From contig JAUCBJ010008515.1 of NCBI GenBank assembly GCA_032718475.1, positions 1-64,000 of the forward strand: a stretch of DNA of 64,000 nucleotides, given 5' to 3'. Below are positions 34,346 through 46,112 of this stretch, one piece after another (the first letter of the stretch is position 1; each line of letters opens with the position of its first letter). Source of the stretch: Nemertoderma westbladi. Lineage: Eukaryota; Animalia; Xenacoelomorpha. Position numbers and translations under genes: made by a program. A model generated the notes under the pieces. That model ran no database searches, had not been told where the DNA came from, and saw only the letters and a list, made by a program, of their open reading frames with translations.

Positions 34346-35669
34346 GTTTGTTTGTACAGTTGGATGCCTACTGCTATATTACAGTCTAAGCAAGTCTAGT
34401 AATTCAGTATTAACTGTTAGCCTAGTAATTAATTATCGATACTGCTACTCAGTGTAGCGTGATATATATATAATATATTAGAATACCGGTATGCTTATAG
34501 TATATATATAAGTATTATTACAGACTAGGTTTATCACAGAATATCGGTATATAATTTTAGCACAAATATATATAAATATATAATAGGCCTATCGGGAATA
34601 CCGGTATACAGCTTACAGTTATAGTATATATAAGTATAATTCTGGACTAGAATTAATTACAAAGTACCGGTATAATTTCAGCCTAAATTTATTGAAATAA
34701 ATATAATAAGCCTATTGCAAATACCGGTATGTCAATTATTTTAAATAATTGAATTTCTGAATTTTAGGGTTACTTGGTTACTTTACTTACTTTATTACCG
34801 TTATTTGAGCAGTAGTCCAACTGATATTGAGACCTAATGGTTGTATGGTAGGCCTACTATTTATAAATCGTGAGATTTGATTTATAATATATATATACCC
34901 GTTTTAATGGGTTTGTCAATGTTTGAAATAAATGTTATTATTTCTGGGGAGTAATCACTACACAAAGCGGTGCGCTTTCAGTGAAGTGTTACTTATAGGA
35001 CACTAAAACAAATAATTCTAATTTACCTAAGTTACTTAATACTACAAATTACGTACAATTCGGGTGAGATTACAATCTCTAAATAAACACAAAAATTTAC
35101 AAAAAACACAAAATACGAATTTTTCAGGGTAATTTTACAAGAAGTCTACAAACCAGCCTAACAAAGGTTAGAATCTGGTTATTACAACAGACAGGGTACT
35201 GCGGTATTTGAAAATAATACGTAGTAGTAAATACACTGCGTTGTCCAGATAGGAAAATACCACCGCCTGACGACCTATAGCCGTATCGCTATAGGTACTA
35301 CGTTATGTATCACGGAGTGTTCCTACCTAGAAGTTAATAGAGCTAATCGAACGTGCCTATCAACCACTTTACAACACAAATATAATGTCTACACTAATTA
35401 CTTTCGGAAAGCACTGTACACTAAACCCTAAATTAGGTACGAGTACTTGTACAACATATAATCAGTAGTTAAATATACTTGAACAGCTAAAAGAACCACG
35501 GCATCTGCTGGAGTGACCGGTGCACAAAATCACCAGTCTTTACCTACGCCAAGCAGCCCGTGTAGTACCGGGGTTAATTTAACTATAGCGGTATGTATAA
35601 CAAACACAATTATTGTAGGAACAAACTTGGGGAATGAATGTTGCGAATAATCGCATAAACTCTGAATAA

Positions 35670-36245
35670 TAAATATTACGCTACGCGTACAAACCACTCA
35701 AACAAAATGCAGACCAAATACTGACAGACTACTATCAAGCCTAAATAAACTACAGGACATGCAGACTCCGAAATGGTTAGGTAGTATGCGTTCTAACCCA
35801 GTAGTACGACTTATTCTTTAGATGGGGGTTTACCTTACAGCGATGGCTGCCCCTACTTCCTAACCGTTCTTTATCGGACAGATGCTTTGCACACACCGAA
35901 ATTTCCTCAAACCCAACAACAGCCAGACAACTATCCAGCCTACAAATTATCTAAATAAAATTATACGCTACCCGTACAGACTACACAAACAAAGTACAGA
36001 CCAAACGCTGGCTGACTACTATCAAGCCTAAATAAACCACAGGACATGCAGACTCCAAAATGGTTAAGTAGTATGCGTTCTAACCCAGTAGTACGACTTA
36101 TTCTTTAGATGGGGGTTTACCTTACAGCGATGGCTGCCCCTACTTCCTAACCGTTCTTTATCGGACATACACTCTACATGCACTGCAATCCGTTCAGACC
36201 TAATCAACAGTTAGCCAACAGTCAAGCCTACAAATTATCTGTACA
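35670..36245. repeat. ~288-bp tandem duplication in the BEL 5' leader
   Basis: gactactatcaagcctaaataaac.acaggacatgcagactcc...accgttctttatcggaca occurs at ~35727 and ~36015. Confidence 0.9.
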
Positions 36246-36510
36246 ATCTGAGCAGGGTTACACGCCTTCTGCTCAATACTGGCCTACAAATAAATAAAAC
36301 TGGCAGAAATAAGTAAACTATACAAAAGAATGAGGGGTGATCAATCCCTATTCCCCTGGCAGCCTACAGTATACAATAGATCACAATCGAATAATACTGC
36401 TGTACCTGTACTGTTGTAGGTACCGGTCCGGATGATCAGGCAGTCAGGCCTACTGGTTAGCGGTCGACCGGTACTTTCGACTAGATTGCTTACACCGCAA
36501 TCCAGAAGCA

Positions 36511-36521
36511 ATATCCGTTAT
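36511..36521 (-). promoter_or_regulatory. Non-tRNA primer-binding-site candidate (ATAACGGATAT), self-complementary to the LTR
   Basis: Directly abuts the 5' LTR and lacks TGG. It is a perfect inverted repeat of 37251-37261 inside the LTR. Confidence 0.55.
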
Positions 36522-37704
36522 TGTTCGCGCTTTCAGACCTTTGGCAGTTTAACCCGCCAAATTAGGATGTCTTCTAGATAATAAATCACTTTTAGCCTCT
36601 GACAGGTATTTGATTCACTACACTAGTCGAAACCAATCGGTGCGCGATCATTCACCCGCTGGATATACCCGGGAGATTGGGTTCGACGGCTTAATCTTAT
36701 TGCTATGTAAGCCTAATGTATTATTCGACTGACAGTATTATATAATCTCTGACAATATTATCCACCTTCGGGGAATATTAACAGTTCCTTTAGGACGTGG
36801 CGCTCTATCTATATAAACAGAGTTATGACTTAAACTACTCACAACGATATGGCTTAGTTACAATTCACATATATGGCGCATTCTTTAGGAAATGCTTCGT
36901 TATCAGTCTCACTCATACACAATGCTGCACAATACTGCACACTGATCTGCCGATCTTCACTGATTTTAGTCACATATAAAAGGAACACGGACCGAATCAT
37001 GTAGGGTCTATCAAATAACATTAGATTCACTTCAAACCACTTTAACATAAGTCACAATCGTTATATGTAACCTTTCTCTCTTACCTTCGGTATATCAAGA
37101 ATATTGGGTTTCGGGGTTATTTCTCGTTATTCCAAATATAATAATTCATCAACAAATATAATGAATAACCGACAGCAAAGCAGTAATGTTAAGTTAAGTT
37201 GCACAGCATGGGCTAGTATGATTAGGTATGGTATGTTATGTTATGTTATGATAACGGATATATGTCCTTATAATTAAGCCTACTAGTGTAAGACTAAAAA
37301 CTGAAAACACGGAGGTGCCAAAAGCCGGTTCTTAGGCTCTGGGCAAAAACATAACACTGAACTACTGAGCCTCTGTATACACCTCCAACACAGAGACAAC
37401 AAACGCTCTGATTGGTCAACCGAACAACGAGAGAACAAAGAAACAAAGAAACGTCAACGTGGCAATATCAGCTGTTAGCCGTCGTCATGGTAGCGACACT
37501 GTTTTCAAGAGTATCTAGCTTATCGCGTCACGAGATTTCGGATTATGTCCTCTAAAGTACAAATACAGTACAAATACATAAGAAATGACTTTTATGTCCT
37601 CTAAAACACCAGTACAGCAAGGACACGACCCTTTTATGCCTGTCAAACCAACTACAGAGTACTTTAAGGGAAAATAACCGGTTAATGACGCAAAAGCTTT
37701 TACA
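36522..37704 (-). repeat. 5' LTR of the BEL element
   Basis: Direct repeat of 25424-26612. Confidence 0.95.
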
Positions 37705-37952
37705 TATATTCTTGCTATCATGCACCCCAGTTAGCCTGTGCAATCAGCAGGTCGCACATCAGCACATGTACCTACTGGTACAACACATCGCAGCGCAATT
37801 TGCAGTTCCGTACCTGTTGACCCGTACCGTATTTTTTCGTTGGATTTTTACTACTGTAATAATCCGTATATTTTTATCTGGGACCATATTTAGCAAGTAA
37901 ATCAGTACAAAGTTATCAGTTCTTTAGAACTGTCGATTATGTAGAACTGTCG

Positions 37953-38942
37953 GGGGGGGGGGGGGGGTCATATTGACCGCCCCCCCCCCCCCCCCCGTAT
38001 CACTAGTCTGGATCCGATCGAAAAAACAATTTTCGAAAAATGTACTGGGGTAGTTATATTGCAGCACCAAAATTACAAGTAGTGCACAATTTTCACAAAA
38101 TTTGAAAGTTGCATTTTTCGGCTAATTGTTTTTCAATACAGGTTTTCTGGGGCGCAAAATACATTGCAAAATATTTAAAAATGATATGATTACTATAAAT
38201 GGCTGTTTAGCCCCCTCTGCGTAAGAAAAAAAACGAAAAAAACAAGTAACCAGCACTTTTCAGTTAGAACACAAAATTTTTAATTCACTTATGCGATGCT
38301 ATAAAATTACATTTTCAGGTTTTCTAAGGCGCTGATTCTAATGGAATACATTTTTAATATGCCAGATAATTGCTACTTGTATTTTTCGGCGTAATTTGGC
38401 AAATATTGTGCTAGCACCAAATTTCGTACCCATCACGAATAAGTGCAAGTTTGCGATGTCCAATGCTGTTTTTATTGATTCCATCGGATTCAGGACCCTC
38501 ATAAAACCGTATAACGCAAGAAACAAGATGACACTATTACTGATCAATTTGCTTATTTTCAAAAATTTGGAGCCGGCACAACAATTTTCACCCACCGGCG
38601 AAAAATACAAGTTTGAAAACTCTTATGAAATTTTTGCTAATTCCATTGAATTCAGAACCCTCACAAACCCGCATAACGCAAGAAACAAGGTGCCACAATC
38701 AATTTATATATTTGATGGTCTTCAAAATTTGGTGCTAGCACCACATTTTGCACCCACTTCAGAAAAATACAAGTTTGAGACGTCTAGTTCGATAATTATA
38801 TAATCCATTGATTTCAGAACAGCCATAAACCTCTGAAACGCAAGAAATAAATTGTCACAAGCAATTTTATCTATTGAATGGATTTTCAAAATAGCACGAA
38901 AATTTGCACACAGCACCGAAAAATACAAGTTTGATACGCTTG
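37953..38942 (-). mobile_element. Partial inverted copy of the piggyBac-like element
   Basis: Reverse complement of ~23955-25000 (gtatcactagtctggatccga...agtttgatacgcttg). Both termini are missing. Confidence 0.88.
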
Positions 38943-40457
38943 AGGTCGTTTATTGCATTAAAATAATGAGGAAATAATGAAATAAGTATGTTAGTATATG
39001 CGATATACAATATAATTGAAGTATGTAGGGTATTATTTTTAAAATACATAAAATACATTAAAATAAGTCTGTAGGATAGTGATCTTAAAATATAAACAAA
39101 CAACACATTAAAATATTAAAATAGTTAAAAATCAATAAAATAAAATGATTTAAGTTAGTAGTTGTATTCTTAAAATAAGCAATATTTAATAAAATAAGTA
39201 TATACTGTATATATTATGTAATGTATGTTTATTGAATTAAAATAATATTGTTAAAGCAGCTCTTTCAGTCTAACAAGTGACATACGGTATAGGCTACGTT
39301 TTAAAGTTTTATTTATATTTTTACTGCAATTTTTCAATTTTAGCTAACAAGGAGATTGTAATTTTAATAGATTTTGACAGTAGATTAACTATTTATTTCA
39401 CTATTATACCAGCACCGTCATCAATCCGCTTTTCTGTAAACAATTATTTTTTAAATTATGCATTACTGTATATTAGGCCTATATATTTTTTATGTGGTCT
39501 ACCACGAGCCGTTTTTTTATTTCTGTTTTATTTTGAAATCTACAAATGTCTATTTTTATAATATTTAGCCTATTTACAGTACAATCCCGAAATCTTATGA
39601 TTGTTTACTTAAGTTTATATCCATCTATTAGTTTAATAAGCCTTGGTGGTGTTTCCCCCTTTTAATATTAATTTTAATAGAGTGTAATAATAATAATAAT
39701 AATAAAGGATGCATAATTTTTTTAGGGGGGGGGGGGGGGGGGGGGTGGGGATTTGAATTGATCAACGTATTTTTATTCAACGTAATTTTAACGTATTATT
39801 TCTGTAATTTTAACGTTTTATATAATCGGTGTTTGTGATTACGGCAATTTTCCTATTTACATTCCTCCATTATCTGACTGACTGATTATGTACAGGTAAT
39901 TAAACGAATTATTCAATTCAATTTAATTCCGTGTGTATGGCTGTATGGCCTGACTGGAATACTTACAGGTTTGAGTGCAGATCTGCGGCGCGGCTCGATT
40001 TTACGCAAATAGATCGTGGCGCGAGAGAAATTACAACAAAAAGGGGGCGGTGCAGCATTGATGTCAGATGTAGCACCGCAGCGCGGTCGCCTACCACACA
40101 TCCAGACATCACCACACACAGCGCTATCGAGCCATACTTCCATAATGGCCGTCTATGTGAAGATTACAAGGTTTTCACTTTTTGATCTAATTATTATGGA
40201 AATTATTCAAATTTTTTTTAATTCCTTCTTATTAAGTATCTTATAGCATATAACATCAGAACATATACCGGTACTAATTCATTTATTGTTTTGGTTAGAT
40301 AAAGTCCTTCTGTATCGTCAGGGGCGGATTCAGGAATTTAATTTCTATGGTGCGCACAATTTGTGAAGTTTATCTTTTGGTCTTGGGCGCTGGCTGCCCA
40401 GCGGTTTCGGGTGGGACAGAGCCCTTGTTGCCCTGGTGGGGGTAAAGGGGTGGACGG

Positions 40458-40880
40458 ACTCCCATCCAGAGATTTAATGTCCTCAGCATGGACGAACATA
40501 TAGGACCATATCTCTGGTTGGCACATTCACAATAATGTTACCTTGGGTTGTTCACTGTGTCAAGTACAATGCACACATCTCCAACCAGACACTATAACAT
40601 TGGAGGTGTCTCATTGGTTCCCCCAAGTTTGGTACTTGAATAAAGCCGCCTCCGCTTTGCAGGACATTGTTTTCGCCGTGAGGACCAGCCTGTGCACAAT
40701 CTAGAGTTTTGGTAGCCCCATGGAGAAAATAAGCATGGCGGACAACCCATGACTTTCATGAGACGCCTCCTAAAGGGCACTGGCCTTGAAGATGCGGATA
40801 ATCTCGCGAAAGCGATGGTGGATAGGGAGTTGTGGCGGTGCAACTTTGTTGTTAAGCCGTCATACAGTAGCATTCTTAAT
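40458..40880 (+). mobile_element. Third, more diverged RTE 3' fragment with a short inverted 5' piece
   Basis: 40500-40878 matches 2995-3363. 40464-40489 (ccatccagagattt..tgtcctcagc) is the reverse complement of the adjacent upstream RTE sequence. Confidence 0.85.
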
Positions 40881-42214
40881 GCACGCTGATTCGATTGCCA
40901 ATTGTGGATTGCATGGTGGTGGCAAGTATTTTTGTTAAACAAGCAGAGCATCTCAATGTCCAGCTTTAATACAGCAGGACTATTATATATATATATATAT
41001 ATATATATGAGTACTGGTTCTACTGCTGCTCTTAATAATTCAACCTTATGATTCCTATGTATTACACGTCGACCTTCCCTTTATATAGATCCCTGGTTAT
41101 TGAGATGCACTTTGATTGGGCGTTGAAATCATGTAAGGAATGGAGAAACTGGGTGAAATAAACGAAGTGTAGTGTAAAATAGCGACAGACACAGACACAC
41201 ACCCCACCGCCGCACCGTCGCCATAGACTAGCCTGTGACAGACACAGACACACACCCCACAGCCGCCGCCATTTCAATTTTTAGAAATAGAAAGTAAAGT
41301 ACTGCGAATGTTAACACAACACATACTTATAGACTAAGACTACACTATATGCAACTAAAAGGAAGTCTACTTACAATTATAGACTTTCATTTCTATATCT
41401 ACCTAGTACAATTTTTTGTCTAGACTCACAATAGTAGCAACTCAGTGTAAACATTTAATTCCATAAATGGGTCCGTTAATGTGCATTGTTCAACTATATT
41501 CTCATCAGCAAACAACACCGAAAGGATATATTATATAATAATGCAGTTATGGAATTATATTTTAGCCATTATATCTTTTATTTACGTAAAAAGATATATA
41601 AAATAATATGTTGCTTAACAGTTCTCATCTCTATTACAATCCGAACTGACGCTCGCGGATTTTAAAAACTAATGGTTTTTACACCAAATTAAATGGTTTT
41701 CTCACAATATAATTTTCACTAAAACATATATAATCCTCCACTGAAATATATTAATTATCACTAAAATATATTTTTTTTATCAACAACAATATAGCTATAA
41801 CCTGTTCTATTGAATAACATGCCACTGTAACCTGCTCCTGTCCCTTATTTATTGATAATACATTTAAGCGAAAATTAATATATTTTAGTGATTATTAATA
41901 TATTTCAGTGAATATTAATATTTTATTTTGAAAATTAATATTACATTGATTTTCATGTTTATATTTAGTGAAAAATTATTATTTTTTTAGCAGGTTGATG
42001 AATAACTGCTCGGATAAACGGCTCGAACGAACTTAGGAACTTAGTTCCCCTTCAATTGAATTTATATCCCATTAGGGTGGCATTGTTAGCCAACGAGTAT
42101 TACACCTTATACTCATGGAAACATATCAATAAATCGCTTACGTTCTAGAAATCGGCAGATGATTAGCTGATGAATCAGCCAGCCTGGAACCGCTCCAGGC
42201 AGTTCCACACCCAA

Positions 42215-43770
42215 CACGCTCATTCCTAATAGTTCCTTATCCATCCAGCTCGTTCCTAATACCTATCCAATATTTCTTAATAGTTCCTGAACCTACCAAC
42301 TTTTTCCTGAACCTACCAACTCTTTCCTAATAGTCCTGAACGTACCAACTCTTTTCCAATAGTTCCTGAATATTCCAACTCTTTCCTAATAGTTCCGGAA
42401 CCTTCCAACTCTTTCCTAATAGTTCATTATCCATCCAGCTCGTTCATAATACATACCTATTCTTTCCTAATAGTTCCCGAACCTACCATCTCTTTCCTGA
42501 ATGTACCAACTCTTTCCTAATAGTTCCTGAACCTACCAACTCTTTCCTAATATTTCCTGAACCTACCAACTCTTTTCCAATAGTTCCTGAATATTCCAAC
42601 TCTTTCCTAATAGTTCATTATCCATCCAGCTCGTTCATAATACATACCTATTCTTTCCTAATAGTTCCTGAACCTACCAACTCTTTCCTAATAGTTCCTG
42701 AATCTGCCAACTCTTTCCTAATAGTTCCTGAGCCTACCAACTCTTTCCTAATAGTTCCTGAACCTACCAACTCTTTCCTAATAGTTCCTGAACCTACCAA
42801 CTCTTTCCTAATAGTTCCTGAATCTGCCAACTCTTTCCTAATAGTTCCTGAGCCTACCAACTCTTTCCTAATAGTTCCTGAACCTACCAACTCTTTCCTA
42901 ATAGTTCCTGAACCTACCAACTCTTTCCTAATAGTTCCTGAACCTACCAACTCTTTCCTAATATTTCCTGAACCTACCAACTCTTTCCTAATAGTTCCTG
43001 AACCTACCAACTCTTTCCTAATAGTTCCTGAACCTACCAACTCTTTCCTAATAGTTCCTGAACCTACCAACTCTTGCCTAATAGTTCCTGAATCTGCCAA
43101 CTCTTTCCTAATAGTTCCTGAGCCTACCAACTCTTTCCTAATAGTTCCTGAACCTACCAACTCTTTCCTAATAGTTCCTGAACCTAACAACTCTTTCCTA
43201 ATAGTACCTGAACCTACCAACTCTTTCCTAATAGTTCCTGAACCTACCAACTCTTTCCTAATAGTTCCTGAATATACCAACTCTTTCCTAATAGTTCCTG
43301 AACCTACCAACTCTTTCCTAATAGTTCCTGAACCTAACAACTCTTTCCTAATAGTACCTGAACCTACCAACTCTTTCCTAATAGTTCCTGAACCTACCAA
43401 CTCTTTCCTAATAGTTCCTGAACCTACCAACTCTTTCCTAATAGTTCCTGAACCTACCAACTCTTTCCTAATAGTTCCTGAACCTACCAACTCTTGCCTA
43501 ATAGTTCCTGAATCTGCCAACTCTTTCCTAATAGTTCCTGAGCCTACCAACTCTTTCCTAATAGTTCCTGAACCTACCAACTCTTTCCTAATAGTTCCTG
43601 AACCAAACAACTCTTTCCTAATAGTACCTGAACCTACCAACTCTTTTCTAATAGTTCCTGAACCTACCAACTCTTTCCTAATAGTTCCTGAATATACCAA
43701 CTCTTTCCTAATAGTTCCTGAACCTACCAACTCTTTCCTAATAGTTCCTGAACCTACCAACTCTTTCTAA
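42215..43770. repeat. 30-bp minisatellite (ctctttcctaatagttcctgaacctaccaa)n, about 50 units
   Basis: Directly visible. Degenerate at 42215-42650 and homogeneous at 42650-43770. Confidence 0.97.
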
Positions 43771-44044
43771 ATAGTTTGTGATCTGTTATTAATATAATAA
43801 AAATGGTCCAATTCGCGGTTCTTTCTCTTTCTCTCCCTCTCTATAGGGCCTATATATATATATAAATGAAATGTCTATTTGTTTGTATATTGGTGTGTGT
43901 TGTAGTCTATTGTAGTGCGGACGGGACGATATATTCATATTTTCAGCTTGTGAAAATGGTAGAAGGGGGGGGGGGGGGGATTTAGCCAATCTCTGGAGGG
44001 TTTGCAACCGTAGCCTCCTGCGTTCCTGGCTGTATTATTGAGGT

Positions 44045-45374
44045 GGGTAACAGACGTTTCGGTCTAAGAGGTTTTGGCCTAGGACATTTCGGTCCAATGA
44101 ATGAAATACAAGATTTGCTTGTCGGACGTTTTGGCCCATAAAGATTCACTTTACTCCCTTAAATAAGCTATTAATTAATAAGTTATTCAATATATTTGTT
44201 TTGTAGTTGTTACGTTCGTTACAAGAGGAGTTGTCAGTAGGAACTGCTCCGACACCTGTTTGAAAGTCATCAAGATCGAAGTTCTACATTATATTTATAA
44301 ATAATAACTAATGTAATATTATTATTATTTATTAATACAGTATAAATTTAAACCATACTGTAACTTAGAACAAAGATAACATATGCTGACAAATTAACTT
44401 TAGTATTATGATGATGGGGTTTCCCCCATAAAAAAAACATACGTATTTTAAAATGTGAGTCAATAAATAAAGTACATTAAAATACACCGAATTAAAATGA
44501 TTACTGTATTTTAATTTTGGTCTTAAAAATATAATAGATTAGAAATTTTCCATTAAAGGAGCATTGCTAATAATTATGAGACAGACTGGATGTCATATGG
44601 AATGAAATAAAATATATGCGTATTAAATTTAAATTTAGATGAAATATATGCGTATTAAATTTAAATTTAGATGAAATATATGCGTATTAAATTTAAATTT
44701 AGATGAAATATATGCGCATTAAAAGGACCAGAGTGGTGAAGTGAAATAAAATATGTATTAATAAAAGCATTATACGTCGTTATCTATGGGTATAAATCGA
44801 AATCATCTATCATCGAAGATGAGAGTTATTGTTTCAACAGATCATTAAGACATAGCTGCAATACACTGTCCAGCTACTGTAGAAGAATTATCAATTGAGT
44901 AATGTTGAAAGTATCTCCAAAATATATCGATCAGACGAGATTTAAGCCCTACATGGTTCGTGAGATTGATTCACTTTCGTAGTACTGTATACTAGCAATG
45001 TGGTACTCGAGAACAAAAGTTTTGTTCTGACTTGCATTTTTTCGGCCGCATAATATAATTGATGGCGAATTGTCTATGGAACCAGAGCTCCACTTCCCTA
45101 ATGTTTATTTTATTTTGAAATAAAAGTAAATTAAATAGCCATTTCATGCAAGATATTTTATTAAGTCTTTGTATGTTATTGTGAAATAATTATAATTTTA
45201 ATGAATAATTATTATTATATCAAACAAGTTGGCCTTTTCATTCAGTTAGTCATGGGCCGAAACGTCCGGGCCGAAACGTCCGGGCCGAAACGTCCGGGCC
45301 GAATTGTCCGGGCCGAAATGTCCGGGCCGAAACGTCCTGGACCGAAACGTCCTTGGCCGAAACGTCTGTATACC
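44045..45374. mobile_element. MULE-like MITE, copy 1
   Basis: Termini GGGTAACAGACGTTTCGG / CCGAAACGTCTGTATACC with arrayed ccgaaacgtcc units. 9-bp TSD TATTGAGGT (44036-44044 and 45375-45383). Confidence 0.9.
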
Positions 45375-46112
45375 TATTGAGGTTTGGGCATTGAAGAAAC
45401 GGTAAACTTCAAAGAATTCCTTCCCAGTTGTACGTAACTGCTGTAGTAGTTCACAAAGATGATTGGTTTGGCTTGCATATTGCATAGACCCGACCCACCT
45501 AAACAGTAATATATTTTACAAATAGCCCCATGCTTTACATTACATAGGTTTTTATGTAGTGTCTTTCAGTTCAGGTAAAGCAAGGCCATCATACTGTTCC
45601 TACAATGTATAGCCAGCCCATAACTCCATACTGCTGATCTACATACAGTATTACACCAAGGTGATATACTCCCCCTCCCGCCTACATGGAGTGCGTCCTT
45701 AGGAAGGTTTACAGCAATAATATCTTGGGTATGATGGTATAGAGATGGAAGTTGTGAATGTGGATTCCGCTTGGGGTTATCGAGTTATGACGGTCCTTGT
45801 ATGTTTTATCGTAAGAACTATCAATATTAAATCTAAAAAAATGTATTTTTTAAATTTTACTCTTTTTATTTTCTTTGTCAAAAAATCTATGGTGCGCGGC
45901 ACCACGTGACCCTATTCTGGATCCGCGCCTGTGTATCGTTAACATTCATTCAGCCCTTCCCTTCCATATCGTTCAGCACTAACGTGAAAACCTGGTAGGC
46001 CTATTCTATTCTGGGGATAACTGCAAAGTGAAATATAACAACAGAACGTCTGGTATAGGCCTTCTTCACATGTACGTACACCCTACAGTACTTATAATTG
46101 ATTGTTGATTAA

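Larger units (their letters stand above)
25424..37704 (-). mobile_element. BEL/Pao LTR retrotransposon, non-autonomous deletion derivative with an extra ORF
   Basis: Two ~1.19-kb TGT...ACA LTRs, 5-bp TSD TATAT (25419-25423 and 37705-37709), purine tract GGGAGCGG next to the 3' LTR, BEL-type gag with three Cys/His knuckles, and BEL pol remnants. Confidence 0.95.
40319..45931. mobile_element. hAT-like non-autonomous element (5.6 kb) with nested inserts
   Basis: TIRs CAGGGGCGGATTCAGGA / TTCTGGATCCGCGCCTG and an 8-bp TSD TGTATCGT (40311-40318 and 45932-45939). The motif tctatggtgcgc occurs near both ends. Confidence 0.85.

Noticed and set aside
39900-40250. GC-richer island with short ORFs as a SINE, tRNA or exon
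   Set aside because: No A/B boxes, cloverleaf or recognisable peptide.
42648-43760. 370-aa ORF (LVGSGTIRKE)n as a protein-coding gene
   Set aside because: It is a 30-bp minisatellite whose unit lacks a stop in one frame. It has no ATG start, unique flanking coding sequence or evident splice context.
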